Shown: positions 47,940 to 58,286, numbered from the stretch's first letter. The stretch: 64,000 nt of DNA from Candidatus Thorarchaeota archaeon (GCA_048882385.1 JBHLRQ010000001.1:1-64000), one strand, 5' to 3'. The notes: generated by a model not told the origin, from the letters alone. Translations and numbers: made by a program.

Positions 47940-48883
47940 GGTTCTCTCCTCGTCAACATTAAACCACTATCGGAACCCCCGGACAATAACAGCTCTTTCA
48001 GGTCTTCTGGGACAGCGGGCTTTACCGCGGCTGCTGACGCTAGAACTCGTCTAATCTCCTCGATATAGTGTTTCAGAAGCAGTCTCATGAGACCAAGTTT
48101 CTGACTATCCTTGTCAACCCACAAACTGAATACACCATTAGGAACTGCGTAGATGAAATGGCGAGTGTCGTCTGTTTCACATAGGACTGTCTGGAGAGAG
48201 CTATTCCTCAAAGTTCTGACCACTCTCTCTGAGGCATCATGGAGTGCAAATGACATAGCAGCTAATCGGTCGTTAGTGAATCCTTCCAATGAAACTCGGA
48301 CGCCTCCACTTAATGACAGAAATACAGATCCGATATTTGGGATACAATCATGAACTTGGCGTAATAATGCTCTGAGACTTAGTGCTTGAGAACGGTCGAG
48401 AGACATCATTGACCGAGAGATGCCATATGTTGTATCACGTCCTTCAGCGACTGCAAAGCCTTGGAGAACTTGTTTGGTTTCATCAAGACTATAGGATCGA
48501 AGAGGTGGAAGCCTACCATCTACATGTTGCCTCAGAAGAAAAGACAAACGAGATAGACTATCTTTCATTTCAATGAATAACGCAGCAAGATTCACTCTAG
48601 GGGCTGTAGTCACAGTAAGGAAATAATCCGGATCGTTTGGTAGAGATGCGAGAAAAACCTTCGAAGTATCGGACTCCATTAGCAGATAGTTGAAATCCCC
48701 ATGGATTAATTTGGCAACACCGAATATAGCACAAGTTGAAGAGGCCACTGCGAAAACTTCGTCTTTACTAAACCATACTCCTGCGCTTGCAACAGGGAGC
48801 CCATCCTTTTGAATTAGAACTACGTTTTCTACACCGGTTATGGCCTTAATGTTCTGTAGGGTTTCAGTTAGTTCATCGCTCAA
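47936..48883 (-). CDS. Tandem roadblock/LC7 (MglB/LAMTOR-like) domain protein
   Basis: L..I....GVE..VLI.KDGLPVAS and a second unit, IPNIGSVFLSLSGGV...LAAMS....ASER; each unit ends in NLAAL/KLGLM. Confidence 0.88.
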   Translation of the reverse strand: MSDELTETLQNIKAITGVENVVLIQKDGLPVASAGVWFSKDEVFAVASSTCAIFGVAKLIHGDFNYLLMESDTSKVFLASLPNDPDYFLTVTTAPRVNLAALFIEMKDSLSRLSFLLRQHVDGRLPPLRSYSLDETKQVLQGFAVAEGRDTTYGISRSMMSLDRSQALSLRALLRQVHDCIPNIGSVFLSLSGGVRVSLEGFTNDRLAAMSFALHDASERVVRTLRNSSLQTVLCETDDTRHFIYAVPNGVFSLWVDKDSQKLGLMRLLLKHYIEEIRRVLASAAAVKPAVPEDLKELLLSGGSDSGLMLTRREP

Positions 48884-48970
48884 ATCCTCAGCCCCGGACG
48901 GATTGTTGGGTTCAATTTAGAATCCATCTCGTGACTATATAATCACCACACAGAATTTGAGGAGGTGTTC

Positions 48971-50269
48971 TTACATGTGAATTAGGGCTGCATCGGGTAC
49001 TTCTTGAAACACTGTACGTGCAGCCTTGCCAACTTTAACACGGTTCTTGTCAAATGTATATACTCTGATTACATCTAGGTATACTTTCATCATTTCCGCG
49101 ATATTAGAATAATCTGAAAGATTGTGTGGAACTCTCTTACCATCAATGATTTCAAAGATATTGATCTCCATAGGATCAAGTTGGTGGGGATTGTAAGGAA
49201 CAGATGGTAGGGTGGGTACGTCAACTATGACTTCGTCTTTCCCAACTCCAGCCAAAGAAGCAATCTCTTCTTGAATGCTTTCACGGACTTTGCTTTTTGT
49301 CAGAATTTTGGAAACAAATCTATCTTGTGTATGAAGTACCTTTTCAAAAGCGGATTTGTATAAGACACGTGAATCTAGAAGATTGACCATCTTTATGGCT
49401 TCTTTTGCATCTTCCGACTCAGAAGGGTCAATGCGCCGTATTCTGGATATCAAGGCCATGTCATCTAGCTCGAGAAATTCTTCAGGTGATGAAAAGCTAG
49501 TCAGTTCTAGGGTATTGTCTGCTGCATTGATGAGCTTAACCAACATTACTTCGACACTTCGTACAGTCTTGTGATAGTAAACATTTAGGAACATCTCATA
49601 TCTGGCTACAAGAAAGGATTCCAAAGCTCCTCGTGCAGCTATGTCAAAATGCATCTGATAGTCTTTCGAGATTTCAATGCTATCAATTAGGCGATGTATA
49701 TCAACTAATCCATAGTTGACTCCGCAATAGAAAGAATCTCGGATTAAGTAGTCCATTTTATCTGAATCTATCTGACCTGCGACTATTCCTGCAATGATTG
49801 AGTCCTTCTTAGTCTTTTGACGGCCTCGAACAAGGTCGCCAATACGTTTCTTGGAAATACCATCAGCTTCTAGCAGGTCTCCAAGTTCACTTTTGAGAAT
49901 TATCCATTCAGTTACGTCCTCGTGGTTCATTCCACGTTTCTCTAGCAGTACTTCTTCAAAGACATGACTGAATGGACCGTGTCCAATATCATGAAGTAAT
50001 CCTGCAATTCGTACTTCCTGTAGTTTTTGTTCTCCTAACCCCATTCGATCTAGAAGTCTTCTGCCACTCAATCCTGCAAGATACATCACACCAATACAGT
50101 GTGCAAATCGAGTATGTTCAGCTGTAGGATATACAAAGTGCCCACCTGAAAGCTGTTTTATTCTTCTTAACCTCTGATAAGGTTGTGAGTTGATTATCTT
50201 GGCTTCAATATCTGTTAGACCAATGAATCCATGAATAGGGTCATTGATTTCCATAGAGAATTTCATCAA
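48971..50269 (-). CDS. HD-domain dNTP triphosphohydrolase (SAMHD1-like, COG1078)
   Basis: DPIHG, QRLRRIKQL, HTRF.H, LLHDIGHGPFSH, D.DKMDY..RD and VYYH motifs. Confidence 0.93.
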   Translation of the reverse strand: MMKFSMEINDPIHGFIGLTDIEAKIINSQPYQRLRRIKQLSGGHFVYPTAEHTRFAHCIGVMYLAGLSGRRLLDRMGLGEQKLQEVRIAGLLHDIGHGPFSHVFEEVLLEKRGMNHEDVTEWIILKSELGDLLEADGISKKRIGDLVRGRQKTKKDSIIAGIVAGQIDSDKMDYLIRDSFYCGVNYGLVDIHRLIDSIEISKDYQMHFDIAARGALESFLVARYEMFLNVYYHKTVRSVEVMLVKLINAADNTLELTSFSSPEEFLELDDMALISRIRRIDPSESEDAKEAIKMVNLLDSRVLYKSAFEKVLHTQDRFVSKILTKSKVRESIQEEIASLAGVGKDEVIVDVPTLPSVPYNPHQLDPMEINIFEIIDGKRVPHNLSDYSNIAEMMKVYLDVIRVYTFDKNRVKVGKAARTVFQEVPDAALIHM

Positions 50270-50291
50270 GCTTCACCATTTTGCATACGTG

Positions 50292-51035
50292 TTACATCTG
50301 AGGGTCGAATAATCGGACTTCACGAATCAGCTCCTCAGCAGTCTTAATCTCTGAAACACACAAGGGAATGTGGATACTTTTCGCGATTTGTACAGCAACA
50401 GAATCTATCTCTTTGACTCCTTGTAATATGACTACAGCAGGTTTTATTGCAATGGAAGTACCTATCTGGCTGGCTTTTATAGCAGCCATTGGAGACCTTC
50501 CTGTAGTTACATTAGTAAGAATAGCACCACGTTGCGTCGTTCCACCATATAGGCGAAGAAGTTGTTGAGGCGTAAGACTCACTATTGCCTTTATACTATC
50601 AAGTGCTGTATATCCATAGATGTCTCTATCAAGTAAGTTGTGATGTGTCAGTACTTTGCAGTTAAGATGTTCAACAAGTAGACGAGCCGGGATGGGAACT
50701 CCAAACTCTCGGCTATCAAGAATGGCATCAGAAGCAATCTCTGGAGTAATTAGCTTTTCAAGTGCTTTTGCGATTCTTCCTCCATCGACAGCGTCCATCT
50801 CAATTAATCCTTCTACAAAGCGCTTGATAGTTTCTACACGTGGTGATTTTCTTCTACCACTTTCATAGTCACTTATGACTGATGGTGATACGTTTAGATG
50901 CTTTGCTAGGTCTTTTTGGGAGATATGAAATCGTTCACGCCAACGACGCATTATCGATCCAGGGTCATTTTCAGCAAGGCATATCTCACCAGCCATTGCC
51001 TCTGCAAGCCTCTGGAGTGCCTCACTATTGTCCAT
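50292..51035 (-). CDS. XRE-family HTH regulator (COG1709-like)
   Basis: AGEI...DPG..MRRWRE.F, SPSVISDYESGRRKSP and TNVTTGRSPM motifs. Confidence 0.9.
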   Translation of the reverse strand: MDNSEALQRLAEAMAGEICLAENDPGSIMRRWRERFHISQKDLAKHLNVSPSVISDYESGRRKSPRVETIKRFVEGLIEMDAVDGGRIAKALEKLITPEIASDAILDSREFGVPIPARLLVEHLNCKVLTHHNLLDRDIYGYTALDSIKAIVSLTPQQLLRLYGGTTQRGAILTNVTTGRSPMAAIKASQIGTSIAIKPAVVILQGVKEIDSVAVQIAKSIHIPLCVSEIKTAEELIREVRLFDPQM

Positions 51036-51171
51036 ATTTGGTCTGCCCTCGTGATTCGTAGATAAGAGTTACGTATATACTGATTTGCGATTCGTTAGTG
51101 ACTGAAGGATGCTTGATTGAGAAATTTGGATAATACCGAAGAACTCAAAGAGGTTGTTTTGACATTGTGCG

Positions 51172-51948
51172 TTGGGGCTTCAAATGTTCTTCACATTTAT
51201 TGTCGGTACTGCAGGTTCAGGTAAATCCTTGCTAACATCTTCATTGGAGAAGTGGCTAGTTGGGTCGGATCTAAGTGTAACTGTAGTCAATCTAGATCCA
51301 GGTGTGGATTCACCTCCGTATACAAGTGATGTCGATATTAGGGAGTATGTGGACTATGGTGAAGTGGTTCGCTCATTTGGTTTAGGTCCTAACGGTGCTC
51401 TTGTTGCATCGTTGGATATGGGAATTAGTCACGTAAACGATTTGCGAGATGAGATTATCGACACTGAGAGAGACTACGTTCTTGTTGACTGTCCAGGACA
51501 AATGGAGCTTTTTGCATTCCGTAATTCCGGACCATTGATGGTTTCTAGTCTTAGAGGAGATGATCCAGCACTTTCTTTGTATCTTCTTGATTCAAATATT
51601 GCACGTACACCGACCGGGTATCTCTCATCAACTCTTCTTGGGATTTCAATCAGTATTCGGTTTGGACTTCCACAATTGAACATCCTGAGTAAACCAGATA
51701 TTTTGAATGAAACTGAATTAGAGGAGTTAGTTGGCTGGGGGAATGAGCTCTATTTGCTAGAGGATGCACTTGAAATGTCTGATGAAGGATTACGTCGAGA
51801 ATATTCTAGAGCGATTCTTGAGATGCTAGAAACACTTGACACAGCTACAGGTAGTGTGCCAGTTTCTGCAAAAGAAATGACAGGGATTGATGTGTTATAC
51901 GGAGAGATGCAACGCGTCTTCTCAGGCGGTGACAATCTATACGAGTAG
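51172..51948 (+). CDS. GPN-loop GTPase
   Basis: GTAGSGKS, NLDP, LGPNG and DCPGQME motifs; likely start ATG 51184. Confidence 0.95.
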   Translation: MGLQMFFTFIVGTAGSGKSLLTSSLEKWLVGSDLSVTVVNLDPGVDSPPYTSDVDIREYVDYGEVVRSFGLGPNGALVASLDMGISHVNDLRDEIIDTERDYVLVDCPGQMELFAFRNSGPLMVSSLRGDDPALSLYLLDSNIARTPTGYLSSTLLGISISIRFGLPQLNILSKPDILNETELEELVGWGNELYLLEDALEMSDEGLRREYSRAILEMLETLDTATGSVPVSAKEMTGIDVLYGEMQRVFSGGDNLYE

Positions 51949-51958
51949 TGATGGATTT

Positions 51959-52981
51959 TTGACAAAGTATTTTGTTTATACTTCTGGTGAGTATATTGAT
52001 GTAGCCCAAGCTGAAGTCAATGCATTATCGCGACCATTAGCATTGGACGAAATATCATGGGAAGAACGAGTTGGATTAATTGATAGTTCAACCAATCCTG
52101 TTTCCTTTCTACTCGAAAGAGCTGCACTAGTCAAAGAAGCTGGAATTATTCTTGGCGAAATAGAGGAGTTAGATGCCATAGAAACAAATCTTTCTGATGA
52201 TGTTTTGAAGAGCTCAATTAGTGCCGAGGAAACATTCTCTGTAAGGGTAATTTCATTGACAGATAGGAAGAAAGACAGGGAAAGAAAAGAAATTGAAACA
52301 AAATTAGGTGAACACATCAGAAAAATCACTAATGCCAGCGTTTCTCTTAATAGTCCTGAATCACGCATTCTTGTTTTCAAGTTTAGAAACACCATTTTGG
52401 TTTGTAAATCATCAGCTTCTCAGTTGCGTCATGATCTCAGAAATCGTGAACCAGGAAAAAAACCATTTTTCCACCCTAGTATGATGAACGCTCCTCTTGC
52501 TAGAGTAATGTGTAATCTCGCTGGGGTTATGCCCGGAGAAATTGTGCTAGACCCATTTTGTGGAGGTGGAGGAATTCTGTGCGAAGCTTCATTTATAGGA
52601 GCTAAAACTGTTGGTATCGATCTTAATTGGCGATTATTGATGGGAGCGATGAAAAACTTGGCTGCAATTGGAAACCATCATACTTTCATTCAAGGAGATA
52701 TTCGAACTTTACCAATCCGTGAATGTGACTGCATTGTAACTGATCCTCCTTATGGAAGATCTAGTTCAACAAGAGGAGCATATGCTATTCATCTTGTTGA
52801 GAGTCTTTTAGGAAATATTGATTCAGTCCTTCGCAGACGCGGTGAAAGTCTGTGTATTTGTGGAAGTAGTGAGATGAACATCCAAAAAATCGCAAATAAC
52901 TATGGTCTTAAAGTGAGCCAAATGCTTCAAATCAAAGTACATAGCGGACTTGTTAGAAATATACTGACTATCAAATTCTAG
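51959..52981 (+). CDS. trmG10: tRNA (guanine-10, N2)-methyltransferase, THUMP domain
   Basis: THUMP region, KPFFHP, DPFCG.GG and TDPPYGR; start estimated at TTG 51959. Confidence 0.88.
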   Translation: MTKYFVYTSGEYIDVAQAEVNALSRPLALDEISWEERVGLIDSSTNPVSFLLERAALVKEAGIILGEIEELDAIETNLSDDVLKSSISAEETFSVRVISLTDRKKDRERKEIETKLGEHIRKITNASVSLNSPESRILVFKFRNTILVCKSSASQLRHDLRNREPGKKPFFHPSMMNAPLARVMCNLAGVMPGEIVLDPFCGGGGILCEASFIGAKTVGIDLNWRLLMGAMKNLAAIGNHHTFIQGDIRTLPIRECDCIVTDPPYGRSSSTRGAYAIHLVESLLGNIDSVLRRRGESLCICGSSEMNIQKIANNYGLKVSQMLQIKVHSGLVRNILTIKF

Positions 52982-53400
52982 TTCAAAATTCGTCCATTCT
53001 TTGTTGGAGGCGTGAACCACAGAAGAAATTCATCAAATTGCGTTTTGTCTTTGAAAACAACACTAACCTCAATGGCGCTTAGAGGTGGTAATTCGGTACT
53101 ATCATCAATGATTCTTAGTTTTCCAATGAACGCAGCTTGTTTGTCAAAATAGATTTGTGTTGACGTGCCATTCCAGTTTGATCGTAATCGTTTACGAGCA
53201 GTATCAATGATTCTCAAGTCATGGATTGTATGCCGCACAATATTCAGCGTTTCTCGTTTAGAACTAGTGAAAACGAGTTCTGAAATCTCATCATTTTTCT
53301 CTGTGGTGATATTCTGTGGACCTATGATAGTTTCAAGAGCCCTTTTTACTCTGAGAATATCTTCTGTGGGATATACTGGACAACTTATGAGAACATCCAT
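52978..53400 (-). CDS. UPF0201/DUF54 RNA-binding protein
   Basis: VYPTED..RV..A, I.DTAR and KQAAF.G motifs. Confidence 0.9.
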   Translation of the reverse strand: MDVLISCPVYPTEDILRVKRALETIIGPQNITTEKNDEISELVFTSSKRETLNIVRHTIHDLRIIDTARKRLRSNWNGTSTQIYFDKQAAFIGKLRIIDDSTELPPLSAIEVSVVFKDKTQFDEFLLWFTPPTKNGRILN

Positions 53401-53401
53401 A

Positions 53402-53941
53402 TCAAGTCAGCCTCTTGACGAGCTCCAATGATTGTTTCTGAAATTCATGCAATGTTCCATCATTGACTATCATGATATCACTGAGGGCAATCACGCCACC
53501 CAGACCAACAGATATCTCTCTGATATCACGTTCTTTGAACACTTCCCAACTTGGAGGTGCATCATCGCGATTGCGCTCTCTTAGACGATTGTATCTTTCT
53601 CTTGGAGAAGAATGAACACAGACAATTACGACCTCATCAGCACAATCATCAAAGACATCTATTTCTGCGATACTCCTGCACCCCTCAATAACAACTGTGT
53701 TTGTTTCTAGATTCTTTAGTTCGTCAACACAGAAAGATGCTACAGCGCCTGGACCACCCTTTTGCCGCAATTCCAACATGATTTTTTTTGTGTTCTCAGG
53801 ATTAGGTTCAAGTCCTCTTTTTCTTGTTTCTTCTCGAATCACATCACCCATTACAATTACTGGAATCCCAGCATTATGAAAAGCTTCAGCAATCCCACTT
53901 TTTCCTGCACCAGGCATTCCAGTAATAATTATCAGCTTCAT
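53402..53941 (-). CDS. UPF0200 P-loop kinase (dephospho-CoA kinase-like)
   Basis: ITGMPGAGKS, MGDVIREE and RD.RE...G.G motifs; start ATG 53941. Confidence 0.9.
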   Translation of the reverse strand: MKLIIITGMPGAGKSGIAEAFHNAGIPVIVMGDVIREETRKRGLEPNPENTKKIMLELRQKGGPGAVASFCVDELKNLETNTVVIEGCRSIAEIDVFDDCADEVVIVCVHSSPRERYNRLRERNRDDAPPSWEVFKERDIREISVGLGGVIALSDIMIVNDGTLHEFQKQSLELVKRLT

Positions 53942-54147
53942 TCGTTTCAACCTCTGATTAGATTGTATTAGAGGGATTTGTCCCTGATCTTGTCGATTGT
54001 ATGATAAGATACGTGTACTAGTATCTTTACACTTTCTCAACTTGTTGAGTTTAGCCAATACTTCGTTCTTTGACTATCCTTTAAGAATTCCCTTAAACTC
54101 ATCAATCGTCACGATAATATTGACGTGTTGATAACAGAGATAGTGGG

Positions 54148-54717
54148 GTGTTAAGTGTGAACAACCTCGTTCGAGCTTTTCTAAGTATAGATATCGATGA
54201 TGATGCATTATTATCGCGTGTTTCACAAATCCAACAGAGATTGGATCAACAAGCTGCCAAAATGAAAATTGTTGAGATTCATAACATCCATTTCACCTTG
54301 CGTTTCTTTGGTGATACTTCAATTGCGAAAATTGATCAAATTAGGGAACAGCTCAATAGGATTGAGATTAAACCTTTTGAAATAACAGTTGGCGGAGTTG
54401 GTGCGTTTCCTAACAAAAAAAGACCAAGAGTTGTTTGGATTGGTGTGACACAACAGGAGCAGCAGGTTCGCGAGTTGAAGCTAGAAATTGATTCTTTACT
54501 GCAGAGTGTTGGGTACAAACCAGAGAGAAGAAAATATACTCCGCATGCAACTATAGCGAGAATAAGACATGTCAAAGATACTGGTGTGATTGCTAGAAAT
54601 CTCGATGAGCTTGCCGATGAGTCGATAGGAACTATGACCATATCTAGTTTCAATATGATGAAAAGTACTTTGACACCTTCAGGTCCAATCTATGATAAAT
54701 TGTGGAATGTTCCATAA
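54148..54717 (+). CDS. thpR: RNA 2',3'-cyclic phosphodiesterase (2H family)
   Basis: HFTL and HATI motifs, PRVVW and S.LTP.GP.Y. Confidence 0.94.
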   Translation: MLSVNNLVRAFLSIDIDDDALLSRVSQIQQRLDQQAAKMKIVEIHNIHFTLRFFGDTSIAKIDQIREQLNRIEIKPFEITVGGVGAFPNKKRPRVVWIGVTQQEQQVRELKLEIDSLLQSVGYKPERRKYTPHATIARIRHVKDTGVIARNLDELADESIGTMTISSFNMMKSTLTPSGPIYDKLWNVP

Positions 54718-54721
54718 GTAA

Positions 54722-54830
54722 TGGTGGGCCGGGGGCGACTTGAACGCCCGATCTCTTGCATTTTGAGGCTTGAGACTTGACTTTCTCAGCCGCCCCAAGC
54801 AAGAATCATACCAAGCTAGACTACCGACCC
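54722..54830 (-). tRNA. tRNA-Pro(GGG) with a 32-nt intron at 37/38 (54761-54792) and encoded CCA
   Basis: GGGTCGG.../CCGGCCCACCA, CTTGC-TT-GGG-G|intron|T-GCAAG, BHB helix TTGG/TCAA. Confidence 0.93.
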
Positions 54831-54933
54831 GTGATTAATTGCCGATACTCGAAGTAAAGATAAACATTACCACTCCTGAAAATGATTGATATCTTTAGAA
54901 CACATGTTCTAACAACAACTGAATAACGATTGA

Positions 54934-56040
54934 ATGAGACTTCAGACTTATCAGTATCTTCTGATTCCTCGCAATGGATTGTCTATGACCGATTTGGTGT
55001 ATCATGAAACATTTGTCAAGCATGAGATATTACCGGGACATCCCGAAAGTCCGGATCGATTGAGGAGCGCAATGAGTTCGTTCACAGCCGCAGGCCTCCT
55101 AGATGATCCAAATGTGATTCTTCTCAAACCACAGAAAGCCTCGCTGAATAAGATACATCCGATTCATGATGAACTATACATAGAAGGAATCAGGGAGAAA
55201 TCTGAGAGGGGAGGGGGTTTCTACACAAATGACACAGCAGTCAATGCACACACATATGATGCTGCACTCTTAGCTGCTGGTGGTGGAATTGAAACAGTAG
55301 AAAGAATAATGCAAGGAGATTCAAATAATGCATTCGTGTTGTGTAGACCTCCAGGACATCATGCTGAATACAGACGAGCTTTTGGTTTTTGCTTTATCAA
55401 CAACATAGCAGTTGCTGCAGAGCATCTGTTGAAGAATAGTGATGTGCAAAGAATATTGATAGTCGATTATGATGCTCATCATGGAAATGGAACACAGCGG
55501 ACATTCTATTCATCTAACAATGTTCTATATGTTGGATTACATCAAGATGGAAGAACACTCTTTCCAGGTTCTGGATTTCCCGATGAGATAGGTGAAGGGG
55601 ATGGAAAGGGGTATACGGTTAATCTTGCTATGTATCCGGGAACAGGGGATGCATCCTATGACTTGATATGCGACCGTGTTCTGGGTCCTCTCTTCGAATC
55701 ATATGAACCCGAATTTCTACTTGTTTCAGTTGGATATGATGGACATTTCAGAGACCCCTTGACTTCACTCGGACTGACGACCTCTGGTTTTGCTATGCTT
55801 AACTCACGATTGAACGAATTGGCTAAATCATATACGGATGGTAAGATAGCATGTTTCTTAGAGGGTGGATACAATCTCGATGTGATGGGCATGTGTTCTC
55901 TGAACCTCCTTCAAGAATTATTAGGATTAAAGGTTTCAAGGTTTGATGACAGCTACACAGAAAGTGAAACATGCTCTCGATACACAGAAGATTTGATTGA
56001 TAGAGTGATCCAGGAATCTCCTTTACTTTCAAGTCACTAG
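54934..56040 (+). CDS. Histone deacetylase (HDAC/AcuC) family
   Basis: HPE...R, RPPGHHA, GFC..NN, D.D.HHGNGTQ and LEGGY motifs; likely start ATG 54985. Confidence 0.95.
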   Translation: MRLQTYQYLLIPRNGLSMTDLVYHETFVKHEILPGHPESPDRLRSAMSSFTAAGLLDDPNVILLKPQKASLNKIHPIHDELYIEGIREKSERGGGFYTNDTAVNAHTYDAALLAAGGGIETVERIMQGDSNNAFVLCRPPGHHAEYRRAFGFCFINNIAVAAEHLLKNSDVQRILIVDYDAHHGNGTQRTFYSSNNVLYVGLHQDGRTLFPGSGFPDEIGEGDGKGYTVNLAMYPGTGDASYDLICDRVLGPLFESYEPEFLLVSVGYDGHFRDPLTSLGLTTSGFAMLNSRLNELAKSYTDGKIACFLEGGYNLDVMGMCSLNLLQELLGLKVSRFDDSYTESETCSRYTEDLIDRVIQESPLLSSH

Positions 56041-58286
56041 TTGCTAAAGTCTTCTAATAGTGTTTGAATAGAATCAACATCATCATTCATTTCTTGCATT
56101 TCCTCAACATGAGTGGTTCCTGTTTTAACATCAATACCTAATTGTTGCTTTATCGAATCTGCAATCGAAGAACCTATTGTTGGTATGCTTGCCAGTTCTG
56201 TTAGTGGAATTCTATAGAGATCAGCAAGATTTGTGAGCCCATGATTATGAAGCATCCTTCCTCTAATACGACCGACTCCTCTAAGACTCACAAGTTCTAG
56301 AATGTCTGTTTGAACTCCATAACGAAGTCGAGATTTTAGATTATGCAGAGCAGGAATATGATTGGGTGCATCAACTATTCGTGCAATCTCTGAAGCAGCG
56401 TATGTTAGCCACTCTGCAGATTGCACGTATCGGTGTACATCACCCATTCCCACGTTGTATTGTTCTGTTATGTTTTTGTCAGTCTTTTCAGAAATCCAGT
56501 CGTGAAGGAGGTTCGCTGTTTTAATTTGTGCTAGAAAGTCGGAGTATGAACGAGGTCCTTCTTCTTCCATTGGTGGTTCAACCATGAGCTTGTCGATTTG
56601 ATCATCAAGCAAGATGACATATTCCTCGACCTCTGACTGTGTTACATATGTAAGTGGTTGATCAGGAGTATAGCAAATGAGATGCAAGAGGCCTATTGTA
56701 CTACGTTTGTTAGTTTCCGTAAGGACATCCCGAAGCAGAATAGCAGTATATGGATCAATATAGAGACGGGATGCTCTCTTGCCAAGAGGTGTTGCTGAGA
56801 ACATTGTAGATGATGCTGCTTCAATGAGACCACCATTCTCGAGGAATCCTAAGGCGTCTGAAATATGATGGTCAATTTCCAGTGGTCCATTTTGGTATGA
56901 GAAAAATGTACCAGCAATCAATGAATCTATCTCTTCTCGAGTCTGGGTCATTTCTGCAGCAATTGAAGCCAATAAATGAAATCTAACAGCCCGTGGTGAT
57001 GCAAGCTTGGAAGTGATTTCTTCAGGTTCAGACAATGTATAGTTGTCAATTAAGAAATCGTGTTCAGGTTCAGTTCGTGCAAACAAAACTGCTTCTCCAT
57101 AGTCATCGTATTTGGGTCGCCCTGCACGACCAGCCATCTGTTTGTATTCTAATACAGGTATAGGATAATTTCCTTGATCTTGGTCAAACCTACGGTAATC
57201 ACGAATGATGACTCGTCTGGCAGGTAGGTTAACACCTGCAGCAAGTGTTGGTGTAGCAATAATGACCTTCAGTAGATTGTTCTTGAAATAATCCTCAACA
57301 AGCACACGTTCATTGTTATCAAGACCTGCATGATGAAATGCAACACCATTGGATATCAAACGACTCAATGTCTTGGAAGTTTCAGGCGCTGAAGGAGATG
57401 ATGCTATTTTCTTAGATCCTTTTGCTAGTAGATACATTTCATCTTTTGAGATATAACGACGCAATGATGATGCAAGTTTTTTTGCCACAGCTACAGTTGA
57501 ACGACGACTAGACACAAAAACGAGAACTTGACCATTTTCATCAAGAGTGTCACAGACGATATCAGCCAATACTTCTTTTCGTTCTCTTTTGATTACTTTG
57601 GATTTACTTCTGCCATTTATGTAGAAACTTATTTTTCCATCCAAATAGACCCCTTCATTCAGGGGAACCGGTCTCCAAGTACTCTTGACCAGCTCAGCAT
57701 TGAGCCAGCTCGCAATTTGGTCTGCATTGGAAATGGTGGCACTCAAAGCAACTATTTGGATATCTTTAATGATTTGGATTAGTTTAGCTAGAACCATTTC
57801 AAGAGTTGGACCACGTTTGGCATCATTGATTAGATGGATTTCATCAGCAACCACTATCCCTACGTCATCAATCCACCCAGTTTTATTGCGAATAAGTGAA
57901 TCTGCCCGTTCAGTAGTCACTACGACTATATCAGCATCGTTTAGCTTTCTTCCAGGTGAGTCGAAATCACCCACGGACATCGCTGTGGTTATTCCTAGAT
58001 CTTCATATTTCTTGAAGTCTACATACTTTTCACGTGCAAGTGATTTCAGAGGGACAAGGTAAAGTGCCTTTCCGCGACCATCAAGAATGTTTTTGAGCAT
58101 GCAGATTTCAGCGACTAGTGTTTTTCCTGAGCTTGTAGGTATTGCTAATACAAGGTTCTTTCCATTCAAGACACCTGTTTTGAACGCACTCTCTTGTGGT
58201 TCGAAGAGTTCTGAGATTCCATGTGTCTGAAGATGCGAGATTATTTTCTTGTTGATTTCCAACTCTTCCAATTGAATTGTATTCAT
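56037..58286 (-). CDS. hel308: Hel308/Hjm Ski2-like helicase
   Basis: PTSSGKT, DEIH, SAT, TPTLAAGVNLPA, QMAGRAGR and C-terminal HhH; start ATG 58286. Confidence 0.95.
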   Translation of the reverse strand: MNTIQLEELEINKKIISHLQTHGISELFEPQESAFKTGVLNGKNLVLAIPTSSGKTLVAEICMLKNILDGRGKALYLVPLKSLAREKYVDFKKYEDLGITTAMSVGDFDSPGRKLNDADIVVVTTERADSLIRNKTGWIDDVGIVVADEIHLINDAKRGPTLEMVLAKLIQIIKDIQIVALSATISNADQIASWLNAELVKSTWRPVPLNEGVYLDGKISFYINGRSKSKVIKRERKEVLADIVCDTLDENGQVLVFVSSRRSTVAVAKKLASSLRRYISKDEMYLLAKGSKKIASSPSAPETSKTLSRLISNGVAFHHAGLDNNERVLVEDYFKNNLLKVIIATPTLAAGVNLPARRVIIRDYRRFDQDQGNYPIPVLEYKQMAGRAGRPKYDDYGEAVLFARTEPEHDFLIDNYTLSEPEEITSKLASPRAVRFHLLASIAAEMTQTREEIDSLIAGTFFSYQNGPLEIDHHISDALGFLENGGLIEAASSTMFSATPLGKRASRLYIDPYTAILLRDVLTETNKRSTIGLLHLICYTPDQPLTYVTQSEVEEYVILLDDQIDKLMVEPPMEEEGPRSYSDFLAQIKTANLLHDWISEKTDKNITEQYNVGMGDVHRYVQSAEWLTYAASEIARIVDAPNHIPALHNLKSRLRYGVQTDILELVSLRGVGRIRGRMLHNHGLTNLADLYRIPLTELASIPTIGSSIADSIKQQLGIDVKTGTTHVEEMQEMNDDVDSIQTLLEDFSN

